Part shown: piece by piece, positions 1 to 13,330 of the stretch
Layout of the letters: every line of letters starts with the position of its first letter
Numbering within the stretch: position 1 is the first letter of the stretch
Assembly (NCBI GenBank): GCA_013239625.1
Contig: MU054323.1
Coordinates: 5,259,220-5,323,219 of the forward strand
Origin: Lama guanicoe
Taxonomy: Eukaryota
Direction of reading: 5' to 3'
Length of the DNA stretch: 64,000 nt
Made by a program: the position numbers and the translations under genes
Notes under the pieces: generated by a model
Seen by the model: the letters and a program-made list of their open reading frames with translations, nothing else
Told to the model about the DNA's origin: nothing
The model's database searches: none

Positions 1-90
1 AGAAACTATATTCTAGAGCTTTCTGACACCTTGATTTTAAACCTATAGCCTCCAGAACTAAGAAAATAAATTTCTGTCCTATTAAGCCAA
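1..90 (+). mobile_element. MaLR LTR (MLT1) 3' fragment
   Basis: ctgacaccttgatttt..gcctccagaact..gaaaataaatttctg..ttaagcc. Confidence 0.8.
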
Positions 91-3019
91 CAAAAAAAGG
101 GAGAAACTATAAAAATGACTGTTTCATAGTGATGCAGAGTTGTCAGAGAAAGCTGACGTGCTGGTGTTTAATAGTTCTTAGCAGCATAGATTTAGAATAA
201 GTTGGTCTCTTTCAGGCACAGGTAAGTTCACTCCAGGTTAACTGAGTTAGGCAGAAGATATTAAATACAGGATATATCCTTTTTCAGACACATGCCTTGT
301 TCCCTCTGGAGACAGAGGGAGAAGGACACCCACATTTCAAATGATAAAACCAACAAATACGTGATTAACAATCCCTACAGGTATTTTTACTACCCTGAAT
401 GCTGTGGAGTTCTAATGTGTAAGTCATGGCTCCTTAGATGCCAGAGGCATTTTGTTACTTGTTTCAGTTTCTTTCAGGTAGGAAACTCTTTCATTTTGGA
501 GAAAACTAGCAATGTTAAAAAAAAAAAAACATGAAAACGTTACCCTTCACAGAATATTTTTACAAAGCCATTTCACTTCCACTGTTACTTTCTCTTGCAG
601 TTGATGGTCGTTGGTTCCAGCGGTTGTTAACTCTGATGGTTCAGCAGGAGTTTGGCTCAAGCTAAGCTCATGAGTAAAGGGGCAAAATGAGGTAATGAAG
701 GGACACAGCATAGAAGTGAAACTAGATTTCTTAATTAGCATTAAAACTTTACTGCATGTCAAAAATATATGGTTTTGAAACATTGGTAAAACTTAGTGTT
801 TCTTGGATCTGGATATCTAGGGGGAAAATAGTTAATGATGCCTATAACTTAGAAAGTGAACTCAGCAAGAATATTAATCTCAAAAATGCACATCTACGTC
901 CTCCAGGCCTAGCTCCACACCTGGCATATAATAAGTGCTCAGTAAATGTTACTTCTTCTTGGAAGTAACGGGTGACATAAAGAACTTTGGTTCAGGCATA
1001 TTGGCTTCCATATAGCTTCCAAGAAGAGCGTTCTTTTAAACATTTATATATATAAACTATAGAGAACAATCTATAAAAGCATATTGCTGCATACAGGGTA
1101 AACCAGGTTAACCCACTCAATTTTCACACCAAAAGTTCTCATTGTTCCTTTTTCTAGGGGTATCACATCCCATTCCTTGCTAATTTTCTCCTTTATTTTT
1201 CTAATCTGATTAATACATTTCCATTTTTATTAGGTCTAATAGATAGCTGATCTAATTTGGAGCTTATAAATTATACCGTTATATGTAAATTGATTATAGC
1301 ACATAACTCTAATAGACTGGCAATCTTTTCAGAGATTAGAAGTGCTGCTTAGTTCTCTTTCTATGGATGATTAATTTTCAGTGGTTATCAACTCTCAAAC
1401 TGAAAATTAAGCAATACATATTTGCTTTGTGGATGACCAGTTTTATTAAAGTAGTAGAGTTGATGCAATTAATTATCGATACCCTATGAAGTGAAGCCAA
1501 AATTAAAACGGCTTAAAAGAAGCAGGCAGGTATCTATTGTCAATGGTAAAATTCAGCTACTGTGGTAAAGAAATAGTGCCAGACTCCTCTTCCCGATTAT
1601 GCATGCAACACCCTGGGAAGCCTGCAGTAACTCTTCCTAGATTTCTTGGTTTTTTGCATCTTTTGTGGAAAATTGATTTCTATCCATAGCCATCTAAGGG
1701 AGAGTGACTTGAAGAGGACAGATGTTTCATTTGACTCAACAGAAATCTTTCCATTTCCTATGGGTGCTCAGAGGTGGCTGCTGCCTTTGGTGGTGACCAC
1801 AACTCAAAACAAGGGAACACTGTTCACTGGAGTCCACATATTGAGATCTCATGCTGGCCTGATAATCATTTCTGAACCAAATTATGTAATCAGTGCTCTG
1901 AGACCGAAGAGTGGGTGCTTGGCCCTTCATCTGTGGTCCTTGAAGTTCTGGGGGCCAGAGATTCTGTGACAGTGTCCCTCTACAGAAGCCATGTTATAGC
2001 TGCAGACTGGGCTCCTCTGGGTGGTGGCTTCTGCAGGTCGGGGGTGGGGGGTGAAATTGGCCCAGGTAGGTTTCCCTTTTCCTAGGGATTTCCCTTTTCA
2101 ATATGGGGCTCTTCTGTCACACTATCATTATTAATAGTTATGGGTAAGATATGAAATCTGCTGTGCTTGTGTAGGGGGAATATGTGTGGTCACAGCTTTA
2201 AGGTTACTGACCATTCATATTTTATGGCAAAATAATTTATTGGATCTTATCCTTTGTGACAGTTAGCTGAGGGTATGACCTTGGGTAGAATTTTGGAAGG
2301 GAATACATATAATCAAAAGAAGACCATCTGGGACAATGAGATCCTGAAGGGGCAGTGGTAGGATCCTAAATGTCAGGCCAGGGATTCCAGGAGTACAGAA
2401 CACAATGAAAAAGAAAAACACTACTAAATCTACAACTTTTGCATTTTTGCTTGTTTATAACAAACATAAACGCAGCCATAATTTTTACAATGACTGAAAA
2501 ATCTATCTACATTCCCCTCAAAAGTCAAGATTTCATTCCCAAATAGGCATCATTTTATCATCATTATTAAATCAGCTAATTCCCCTAAAAGCAAAGGCAA
2601 ACAATAGTACTTCTTCTTCCTCCTCTTTATAATGCTTATTATTTTTTAGAAAAATAAATACTCTAAAGTGCAAATATACAAAGGAAACAAAACATTCTGC
2701 TACTCTGGCTTCTGCTTCAGCCCGGCCTCTACATGGTGCCTCAGCCTAACCCAGGGATCCAGCCACACTGGGCAACTTACAGTATCCCAAGCTTTCTATT
2801 ATCTCTTATGATATGCAATTTCCAAGAAATTTTAACCTCCCTGCTTCTGCCTAGTAAGGTCTGATTTTCCTCCAAAGTACAGTTTAAATGTTAAATATTC
2901 CATGACTATTTCTGTCCCCTCCCCAAGAACTAGTCTCCAGGTAATCAACTGTTACTAACTTGGTTTCTCAAAGATGACAGAGGTCATGCCTCCAGCAGGC
3001 TGAACAAGGAATATTCACT

Positions 3020-3240
3020 GGATACTTAACTGCTTGGCAGTACTGTGCAGAGGGCTTTAAATGGCTGTTTTATTTAATCTTCCAATCAAAAGTATGAATT
3101 AGGTGCTATTATAATTCTGTTTTTCAGGTTGGAAGACTAAAGCTCAAAAGTTTAAGGAAAATGTCCATGGTCACAAAGCCTGGAGAAGAGGTTAAATCCA
3201 GGTCATCTGACTCTGAAGCCTGTGCATCCAACCAACATAC
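3020..3240 (-). mobile_element. MIR SINE
   Basis: Degenerate MIR core (tttaatcttc..aggtgctattat..ggtcacaaagc..tctgactctgaagcc). Confidence 0.65.
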
Positions 3241-3574
3241 ATCACCGCCTCTTAAACTCTAAGAAAACACACATAAATTCAGGTTTATTAATAGAGTCAT
3301 GAAACAAGGAACACATTTCAGAACATCTTGGACCTCACTGAAGAAGAGGTATCACTCAGCATAATGAGCTATCATCAGACCTTGGAAGGTAAATCCAAGA
3401 ATAAAAGAGAGAAAGAGACAAGAATAAAAAAGAGAAAATATTCTGATAGCTAATACATTGGTTTTGATTTTCAATAAATTCTCAAGGTAACCTGCCATGC
3501 ATTTTGGAATTCACAGTGTATTTGTAGTTTTTGTACATTTACTAATGTAGTAAATACAGTTACCTTCTGTTGAA

Positions 3575-3770
3575 CATTCAGTATATACCAGCACTGTCCT
3601 TAGTGCTTCACATATTTAACCTTAAATAATACTTAGAATAATACTCTGAGATAGACACCGTTATTATCCCCCAATTCCTACTGAGGAAACAGCAAAAGAG
3701 AAATTGGAAAATTAACGTTAGAACAAGGAGTTGAACTCATCCAGTCTGGTTCCCAAGTCCAATGTGTGAC
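3575..3770 (-). mobile_element. MIR SINE
   Basis: ccagcactgtccttagtgcttcac..ttattatcccc..tgaggaaac. Confidence 0.65.
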
Positions 3771-5809
3771 GATTTTCTCTAGGTTGTGATAACCATATTA
3801 CATATCACACATGTACATACAGCCTACTCCATAATATGTGGTTAGAGCACATTTCTCATCTTGCGTCAGGCTTAGCCTCCCTCAGCAAATACTTCTGTCA
3901 TTTCCATAAGTCCTCAGTGCAAAGAGCATCTTGACACTATTAAACACACACATAAACACACACACACACGCACAAGGTGTCTCAGATGTTTTGGTTCAGG
4001 AATCGAAATCCAAGTAAGTCATCTTTCCAGCAGAATGCCATTTCAGCAGGTATCATTTCAGACTTGCTCATACATTATGTTAGTAAATACTATAGTTAGC
4101 TTTTCTCTTTATGGAGACTCCAAAATTCAAAATATAAATAGGACAGGTAGAAGAATGGGCTCCGCAGCAGGTGTTCAGGGGACTCACGATTCCGCGCATC
4201 TTCTCCAGCCCCTCGCTGTCTCATTGGTGCCCTGCCTTCCCATTTGTTTGGTGCCTCAATCACTTCGTCCATTAATCTCTCTAGAAAGTAAGCCTCCAGA
4301 CCTCTACCAGGAGGGAGAGAGGCGATCTCCAGGAGGTGAGAGGTGGAGGAGGGACATTGTGTGTTCGTAGAGAGAGAGAATCCTAAGGGCCTAAATCCTT
4401 AGTAGGCAATAGCCCCACATTTATTTTTTAAAACAATTAATGTACTCTCCAGTAGTCACACACAGTAGGAAGTAAGCTGTGGCCCCCGTGCCAACAAGGA
4501 CCAAGGGCAGAGGTGAGCTTAATTTTAAACAGAGGAAATCCTTACATTGTAGTATCACCTAAATGTGTTTATTCTCAACTTAGAAACAGAGACGAAGTTA
4601 TTCAAATAGAGTTGACTGAAAAGCAATAAACTTGGAAAAATTGCAGATGGAGAAACCGAAGATTTCCTGCAGAATAAAGATTAAGTACTTGGATTTTACA
4701 GAGACAATGCTCCCATCTGCATAAGCCACAGAAGGCAGACTATCTGGAAACAGCAAACCTGAGTGGTGATGTATATTTTGGGGTGGGGAGGATGGGGTGA
4801 GGGATAGGAAGATCTCTGTCTATTACTGAAAAACCATCACATAAGTGAACTAAGATTCTCTGAGGACAAAACCAACATATAAGTAAAAACACAAGGCAAA
4901 ACAAAGCAAACGAACAAACCAACCGGCCCTGTGATTTATGCCCACAGGGTGCATACGCGACTAGGGTTAGCCGGGGAACGGCGGGCTCAGCCCTTACATT
5001 CGCTGTCATTTTAGAATTTGCCACTTCCTGTCCAGTCTCAGATATTACAAAAGACGTTTCTGGTCGGCTTTACTTCTCAACTGATTCTCTCACAACGTGT
5101 AAGAAAACATATTAGACTTCAATCAGAAATGTCCCTCAGCCTCACAATAGCACAAAATGCAGAGAGATTCTACAAGAACCTTTGAGATTACTCATTCTGT
5201 ATGCATAAACATTTTACTAACCATTTATCAAATCTGAGCAAAGTTACCAAAAGAATAAATGAACGCTAGCAAAGGTTTAGCTGTAGCATTTGTCACTTCC
5301 CTTCAAATTGCAGCATAAGCTCTCTTTTAACCGAGAAGCTGCCTTTGATTCGATCAGCCATGGTTTTAGTGTAGTGTTTTGTCTTTTTCTTCAAAAGTGT
5401 TTTTCTTTAAAAATATAAGTACCAGACCAAAGTATCTATTAAATTCATTTTTAATTAATTGCACAGTTCTAGAGACTACTCACATACAGAGGGCTTTTAA
5501 CCAGCAGGTGCACTGCATAAAAGTTATTAAAAGTTTTAACTGTTGCACAGCATGGGTATTTCAAGTACCTGTTTAGATTTAAAACGCTTTTGGAAAAGAC
5601 GTACAGGATCAAGGGGTCACGAGATGAAGACTTTAGTCTCTGGTTTGTTGCTAATTAGTTGTAAGACCTTGGCACTGTTATTCGAATTCTTGTGGTCCCA
5701 GTTCCAGAAAGGAACGAGGAAAGACAGATCAAAAGGGATCTAGAAAGAAATCCTGAAGTGTCCATCTGCCTCTCAAGAGCTGTGAAGGGTCTGAGATGAT
5801 AGCCTCTAG

Positions 5810-6110
5810 TGGCAAGTTTGTTTACCCCAGTTTCATGGATGCTGATGGAAACTGCAGGATTCTTGAGTCAGAGATAAAGGACAATTTATTACTCACAGCA
5901 ATAGCCATTGGCAAAATATCAGCGTTTTTTGTGCTGGTTATCTAAGCATCTCTTCCCTTGGGCAATGCGATATGATCCAAGTGAGAACTGCACACACTGT
6001 GGGCTGTGTTACAAGAAAAGCCCCTAAACACAGGAAACATAGCTCTTACCATGGGTAGCAAGTGTGCCCACCCTCTGCTCTGGCGGGAAACACTGTCCCC
6101 ATCTTTCAAG
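5810..6110 (-). mobile_element. Old solo LTR fragment (family uncertain)
   Basis: gagtcagagataaaggacaatttattactcacagc pattern with a reversed polyA signal. Confidence 0.5.
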
Positions 6111-7328
6111 ATTTTTCAGGACACAAACATTCTTGAAAAGACACTCCAAACCCATGCACAAGTTCATCTCTTGAAGACATGCAAGACATGCTGAAGAAAC
6201 ACGAGAAACACATGGAGAAGGACCTCCCTGCAACCCCCACCCCTCTGTTTCTATATCATCTTAGCATCTAGCAAATTCTCCCAGGAATGAGCCACTGCCA
6301 GCCACTCTGAATAATCTGAATGACAGAACTTGAAGCCAAATCCTTCAATTAAGCTCACACAGCATATAAGAAAGGCTACCATCAAGAGGACCCCAGGCAC
6401 CAGGATGAGGCCAACATGAACTGTTGCCTTCAACCACGTCCACTTAGGGTTCTAAACCCATGGAAAATTATATTTCCAACTCTACTTAGATGTATCTTAC
6501 TGTTAATATTTAATAATACTATGTAATATTAATATTTAATATTAACACTTAATAATACATATTACTGTTAACAGTAATAATAATATAATAATGTGTCTGA
6601 TTTTTCGAAGGCAAATGTGTTCTTTGAATAATCCATTAATTCACAGTACTCATCCCCTTCTCAGAAAAGCTAGAGATGTTAAATGACATTTAGTATAAAC
6701 TCCTTCATTTACGAATAAGAAAAATTAGATCCTAGCAGAAGAAATATTTGTTCAAGGTCACAAACAAAGTATTAACCCAGGTCTTTTAGCTCCTTGTACA
6801 TTTCATGGCTGGAACCATCTACCAGCTAGCAAAGTAGGGTTCCCTGGCACACTGTCTAATATTGTGCCTGGGGAACCCAGAAGACTTGCCAACATACTTC
6901 ACCCACATAACCAAGGAGCTAAGAATTTAGTGCTAAACTGTACGTGGCCAGATAGTTCAGAAACATACTGTGATTAAAGTCCACTGAATAAAGGAAGGAA
7001 TGAAAAGATACTGAAAGACGAAATCTCAGCTAATGAAAGAAAAAAAAAAGGTGAACGCACTAAGTTCAGGAATAGTGATGGTCGCAGCTGGTAATAGCGA
7101 AGTCATGGCTGGTCTGGGAGGCAGTGAAGTAGAGGGCAAGAAGTCCTGCCTGTGTGCGAAAAGGGCAAGTCCGGGTAAGAGAGCGAGGCAGCACTGCAGA
7201 GGCGTGTGAAAGTCCAGGAGAAGCGTTTACTCCTGCAAACATGGCAGCCAGAAACCCTTGTCTTGACCAGCCCAACCTCAGGCAAAGTCAAGCTTGGGTT
7301 TGGGTGCAAAAGACAACTCAGTTGCTAT

Positions 7329-7332
<4 letters not shown>

Positions 7333-7364
<32 letters not shown>

Positions 7365-7370
7365 ACACAC
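7333..7370. repeat. (CA)n microsatellite
   Basis: Seen directly. Confidence 0.95.
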
Positions 7371-7949
7371 TACATAAATATACTAAGCCATGGTAAAATT
7401 ATTTTGAGGACAAGTGAGTTTTACTATTCATCAATTAGAATTTTCTTTTTCTTTTTTGGTTTATTGATATAATTTCTGCCAGATCCTAGAAAATAAACTT
7501 TGTAATTACTGACAATCAATTTATCCAAAATGTTTACTTTTATAGCTAGGCAATAAAACACATCAAACCATTCAAAAGGAAAATGAATATATTTAGGGTT
7601 GTGTGTGTATGTGTGTGTGTGTATACACATTCTGATTTGCCAATACATCAGACACCTACCATTCACCAAATAATCATTCATTCCACCTGTACCAACCACA
7701 GAATGGCCTTTCTAATAATCACTGAAAGAATGGCAATGCGATGTACACAAAAGTCTGTGCTTGCATTCAGCTTGAGAGTGAGTTCTTTTCATGTATATAA
7801 GAAGCCTAACAATATTAGGTATGTCAGTAATGTATGTATTGATATGTAGCATATACCTAAATTTGTTAGGTACACTGCATATAGTATCTATTATAATACA
7901 CCTGACAATGCCAGTCTGTAAGGACAGAAGACAGAGACTCAGCGTGTCT

Positions 7950-8180
7950 GGTAATTAAGAGCAGAGCTACGGATCCAAATCCTAACACCTCCAACAATTA
8001 GAGACATGACCTAGATTCAGTTACTCGGCTGCTCTGTACACCTCAGCTGTTTTTTCTTTTTTCTTCTTTTCTAGTATATATCTCACAGTTTTCTTCCCTG
8101 AGGTTAAAAAGTATTAACATATGTAAAGGGCGTCCTACACTGCCTAGCATGCAGTAATCCCTCCTTAAGTACTAGATATT
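7950..8180 (+). mobile_element. MIR SINE
   Basis: ggtaattaagagc..ccaaatcc..tgacct..agttact..cctcag..gaggttaaa. Confidence 0.6.
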
Positions 8181-8574
8181 ATCACCTTAGAAGGTGGGAG
8201 AGACAGGTTACTCAGTGCCCATCAAAATAGTTTAGATTCTATTATTTTTCTCTTCAAAAGCCTTCCTCTGTTTCTACAACTTGCCTTTGAAACCCTGAGG
8301 TCCAACCACACCAGGCTCTTCGTCTTTCTTTGACCACGTCTGTCATGCACACGCACACGCACACACACACATGCACACACACACACACGTGCACGCACGC
8401 CCACAACACATCACAGGTTATCTTCCCGAGGTGCCAGCCCAGTCATGTCTGCCAAGCTCTGCCGTCTCTTCCTCCTTCATGAAGCCTGCCCCAGTCATTC
8501 TAGGCGGAACCAGTTGTTTGTTTAGCTCCCTGCATCCCCAAAGGTCTCTCTTTCTATGTGATTTGCCGGCCCTA

Positions 8575-8755
8575 TGACCTCCAGCAAAACACGTAAGCCC
8601 ATCTGTGTTTCAGTTTCCTTCCTGGTAAAGTGGGAGCAATAGTAACACCTGATTCTAGTGAGTTAGTGTGAGGACTGATGTATGCAAAGAGCTCAGGAAA
8701 ATGCTGGTATCTAGTAAATGTTCATTAACGGTATTGGCATTGTTTTATTATTATT
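8575..8755 (+). mobile_element. MIR SINE
   Basis: tctgtgtttcagtttcctt.ctggtaaagtggg..aatagtaacacct..gtgaggact. Confidence 0.75.
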
Positions 8756-9176
8756 AAAAGTATGTACATAAAATGTTATAGTTATGTATTTTAGTCTGCT
8801 TTTCACGAGAGTCTATACTATTGACGTGAAGTAAAGGGACCACGTCAAACTTTCCTCATCTTTGCATCCTCAGTACCGAGTGCCCAGAACATGGAAGAAC
8901 CAGAGAAATACTAGGTGATTAATTCATTTTATTCCTTTTGCTCATGGCTAATATGGAGTAGACGCTCAAAATCTTTTTCAGAAAAGAATTTGAATGGGTT
9001 CTTTTCCAGACTATGATTTGAGCATGTCCATTCATGTACAGTCTCTAATTATTTTGACTATTTCATGAAAAAAAGTTTGTTTTGATTTGTGTGATTTATG
9101 GGGAAGTGATAAAAGGCTACACATCGCGGTGAGTGTTTTGGCCTTGTCTTTGGGAAGTAATTAGGTCATGAGGGCC

Positions 9177-9390
9177 CTGTATTGTATATTTAGGAATTGC
9201 CAAGAGAGTATACTTCAAAAGTTCTCATCACAAGAAAAAAAAATTCATAACCTGCAAGGTGACAGACATCAGCCAAACTTACTGTGCTAATCATTTCACA
9301 ATATATACATACATCAAATCATTACGTTGCACACCTTAAAGTAATGCAATGCTATATGTCAATTACATCTTAATACAACTGGAAAAAAGA
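9177..9390 (+). mobile_element. L1MA/L1MB-type 3' end
   Basis: aaaagttctcatcacaag..acttactgtg.taatcatttcacaatatatacatacatcaaatca..tatatgtcaatta.atct.aata.aactggaaaaaa. Confidence 0.85.
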
Positions 9391-9489
9391 CTTACAGCAA
9401 CTTTGAATAAAGGGAAAAAGTTTTACAGTAAAATCTACAAAAAAAACAAACAAAAAAAAAACAAAACAAAAAACCCCTCAAGCAATAAA

Positions 9490-10865
9490 TGTACGTGCTT
9501 ACTTCTAAAACTGAGAATTAACCAAGAAAGAAGCTACTATCTCCATCTCTATTTCATATTGTGCTGGAGGTCATACCCAGTGTAATGAGGCAAGAAATTT
9601 AAAAGACATAAGGTTTGGGAAGAAAGGAATAAAAACAACCATTAATTTTCAGATGACAAAGAGCACGTAAAGATATCTAAAATAATCTAGTCAAACTATT
9701 AGAAATAGGAGTTGAATTTGACAAGTTCACTTTTTACAGCTATTATATAAAAACCAATTGTCTTTCTTTAAAACAAAACAACTAAAAAGAAATAAAATGT
9801 TTCAAATGCCATCATTTACAAAGCAAATTCTTTAAATAGAACACAAAAAGCACCAATCCATAAAAGAAAAGATTTGACTAGTTTAAAATCAAGAACAGCT
9901 CTTCATTAAAAGACATAAACCATGGACTAAGAAGATATTTGCAATGCATATATTCAATAAAGGATTCCAGAATATATTAAGAATGTCTACAAATAATAGG
10001 ATAAAGACACCCAATGCAATAGAAATGTGGGCAAAAGCCCTAAATGTGTATTTCATACACACACACATACACATACACACACAGTTACACAATCCAAAGG
10101 GCCCCAAAAATGTGGTAGAGTGCTTAACTTCATTAATTATCAGATAACAGCAAATTAATACCACAACTGGATGCCACTACACAAAAATCACAATGGCTAC
10201 AGTTCAAAAAAATCTAAAAATACAAGTGCTGCAGAGGAAGCAACTAAAACTCTCACTCAGCACTGGTGGGAACGTCAATTTGTAAACCACGTGAGAAACT
10301 GTTTTGATAGCATTTGCTAAAGCTTAGCCGAAGTTTATCTTTTGGCACAGCAATTCCATCCCTAGGTGTACATCCAATAGAAATGTACACATTTGGGCAC
10401 TGAGAGACAGAAGACAGAATATAGCAGCGCTATTCCTAAAATTAAATGCAAAAAACAATCCACATTTTCCTCAACAGGAAAATGGATAAATTGCAGTATT
10501 CGTAAAACTGGAAAGTATACAGTAAGAATAAGCCACTGTGATATGCAACAACATGGGTGAATTTCAAAGAGAAATGTTAAGAGCAAGAAGGCAGTGACAA
10601 AATAATATGTAACATGTGATTCCACTTCTATAAATTTCAAAAATGTCCAAAATTACCTGATGCTGTCATAAGGTAAGATGCTGGTTAACTCTGAGGAGGG
10701 TAAAGACTGGAAGGAGGCATGTGAAAAGTTTCCAGGTTGCTACAATATTCTATTTTTTTATCTGGGGGGTGGTTACAGGTGTGTTCACTTTTTGAAAAGC
10801 CTCTGAACTGTGTATTTATGACTGGTGTACAATTCCTCTTGTATCTCATTTCTTAATAAAAAGCT
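9490..10865 (+). mobile_element. Old L1 (L1MC/ME-type) ORF2 end and 3' UTR, decayed
   Basis: cagcaattcca.tccctagg..tacatcca, aaatggataaattg, ggtggttacaggtgtgttcactt. Confidence 0.8.
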
Positions 10866-11323
10866 TAGACATGTATGTATGTATATATGTATGTACCTAT
10901 ATAGACAGGATAACCTACATTGAGCCAGGCTTCATAAAGTTAGAAGGCATGTAAGAAGGCTAGCTCACCAGTACCATATACCATTCCTTCACAATATGCA
11001 ACCCATCGTGTCTGAAAGAACTCATAATTAAAGTAATTCCAGAATTACACAGAGACTGTTGTGAAGTCGGGAATCCCAGTACAGTAAGACCTTTTTTATT
11101 AAACAGCTATGGAAACAGTTTCACATCCACTGTTAAATCACTTCATAGATATAAACATGTTGAAGCAAAGTTTGTTAAAAGAAAAAAAAAACCTACTTTT
11201 AATAATAAACATTATCCTATCTCAAACAGACTGAAAATTCAGTTGGAGAAAAACATGATCCCTCCTCCCGCAACCACACACATAAACACACTGTGGGTTT
11301 GCAAACTGGCCCCCGTACACGGA

Positions 11324-11677
11324 GGGCAAGGAGAGACCAAAGGAAGAGGCAGACCTCTCCATACTGGGAGGTGGCAGGTCGGAAAAGCAAGGGAACTTAC
11401 ATGTGAGGCTGGTCTTGAGCAGTTGCAAGATGAGAAGATCTCGGTTCCTGCCGGGCAGAATCTTAAAAGTGTGCAGAAAGGCTGTAACTGGGTTCCATCA
11501 CGTATTCAGTCCAGAGGGTCTCGGCGACACCTTACTCTCTCAAGGCTGCGTCCTTGAGAAGCTCCCACTGTGGGAATGTGGGGTGAAATGTACATTCTGG
11601 GAGGGCAGGAGGGGAGGAGCCTCCCATTGCCCGGGTTCAGCTCCCTGGTCATGTCCTCTTGATGACCTCCTGCAACG
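11324..11677 (-). repeat. 3' LTR of the ERV
   Basis: Aligns by eye with 13325-13713 (gagagaccaaa..gaggcagacc..caaggctgc.tccttga..atgacctcct); adjacent to the PPT. Confidence 0.85.
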
Positions 11678-11749
11678 CTCCACCCGTCCTGACCGACTCT
11701 TACCATCTTATACATGCCTCTCTCCTCTGCAACGTCCCCTGAGAGGTCA

Positions 11750-12330
11750 GCAGGCGGTTTCACTAGCACGGGGGCAGCTCGTTTGGTGGCTATCTGGCTG
11801 CACTGGAAACAGATACCACAGTAACAACATAGGAACTTGCAAGCGAAAACGCAGATTAAGATAATGATTTCCAAAATAAGTTAACAATTTTTTTTTTCCA
11901 TCAAGAGCCCCATGATCCAAACCACTCATTTATTAAAACCCCTTGACTGGGCGGCTAGGGGTTGGATCACTCCAGGCGTTCACTTGTGTCCTCATTAAAA
12001 AAAGATGCTACGTTAGCAGACTCATCATGTATGAAAATATGACATTCTGTTTGGATAATGGCGTAGGTGCCTCCTTGCAAGGCAGTGATAATGTCCGAGG
12101 CGATCCTATTTTCGAGGACAGCTTTTCTCATTAGAGACATTTAGTGCTCAGTAAGGAAAGGCTTTGTCAGCTTGCTGGGTGAATTTAGCAAGTGTGCTAT
12201 GATGTCCTCCAGGCCAGTGGAGGGAACAGAGATAACAGTTACATGATGGTCCCAATGGAAAACAGGTGGTGTCCACCTGACCTTAAGAAGAGGGAGGTGG
12301 GCGGCTTTAGGAACTTGACCTGGTTGGGCC
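11750..12330 (-). pseudogene. env: Retroviral env remnant (TM subunit: ISD, CX6CC relic, membrane anchor)
   Basis: Translates to LLKVRW..VFHWDHH..ISVPSTGLEDIIAH, then MSLMRKAVLENRIASDIITALQGGTYAIIQTECHIFIHDESANV, then WFGSWG.. and IIILICVFACKFLCCYCGICFQC. Confidence 0.85.
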
Positions 12331-12599
12331 CACCATACATGCTGGCCACGGGAGGCAGCAATGTCAGGTGAGAGGAAATAGACCGAGGACAAGATGTGCC
12401 GGACCAGGACCCCTATTTTCTCTTCTTCCAGTGATGCATGTTCCAAATATAGTGTATTTCAACAGGTCCAGCTTGCAGCAGGGCAATGGAATCTCAGGGG
12501 AGCCTGAGTAGTTCCCTGTCACTCGGACAGCAGTCTAGCTCATCCAATCAAGGCGGTTTGACCTGTTAGTGATTTAACCTACTATTTTAATAGTCCAAT

Positions 12600-13330
12600 T
12601 TGTTTCTGCCCATCTTGTTGCTTACGGGTTACAAGAGACATGGAACCCCCATTCAACAGTCTGTTAGTATGTCTAGCCTTGCATCTCGTGGCCTTTGAAA
12701 TATGAACCCCCAATCAGTGTTTATCTGATGAGGGTGTCTGCTCATGGTACTTCGCTTTTCTAACCATCTAACGGTGGCAGCCGGCTTTGTGCGGCAACAA
12801 GGGGAAGCTTGGGCGAGGCCAGATACGGTGTCCATATAAACCAAGGCACATTTGGAGGCCGCTCTCTGAGGGGAAAATCAATATAATCAACTTGTCAATC
12901 CCTCACCAGTTGAGAACTCCGGAGGGTGGTCCCAGACCCCTTAGGCAGTTGCCTTGGGCATTGTTGAGAACACACAGGACAGGCTTTTACTATGTTAACC
13001 AAGTCACTGTATTTCAAGGACAGTTGACATCCTTGGCAATAAGGGTGCTGTGGTAGCTGCTTTTCCTGTGCACCCAATCTGTTGTATCTACCAAAGGGTC
13101 AGCTGCTAGGGTCCATGCCCAGCCTGGGGCATCAGCTTTCTGATTACCAGGGGTATCAGAACGTTAGGAGCCAGGATGTGAAAAACGGGAGAACTGCCTC
13201 ACGCTTTTGCAGATGAATCCAAGTATCTTCCACAAATCCTGCCCCACAAAGATGTTCATGATGATCCAGCCCTTGGCTTCTCATTGTCCAAGTCATCGAG
13301 TTAATCCCTTTAGAACAGAGCAACTGTCAG
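12600..13330 (-). pseudogene. pol: Retroviral pol remnant (RNase H C-terminal part, integrase zinc finger and core)
   Basis: DSCSVLKGLT (DSWAV-like), LVNIVKACPVCSQ (HHCC), WQVDYI, MDTVSGLAQASP, HPHQINTDWGFIF. Confidence 0.85.

Noticed and set aside
6495..6592. AT-rich quasi-palindromic block
   Set aside because: Low-complexity AT sequence; symmetry expected by chance
11750..12330. Domesticated syncytin-like env
   Set aside because: Stops and frameshifts, lost CX6CC cysteines, most of SU deleted
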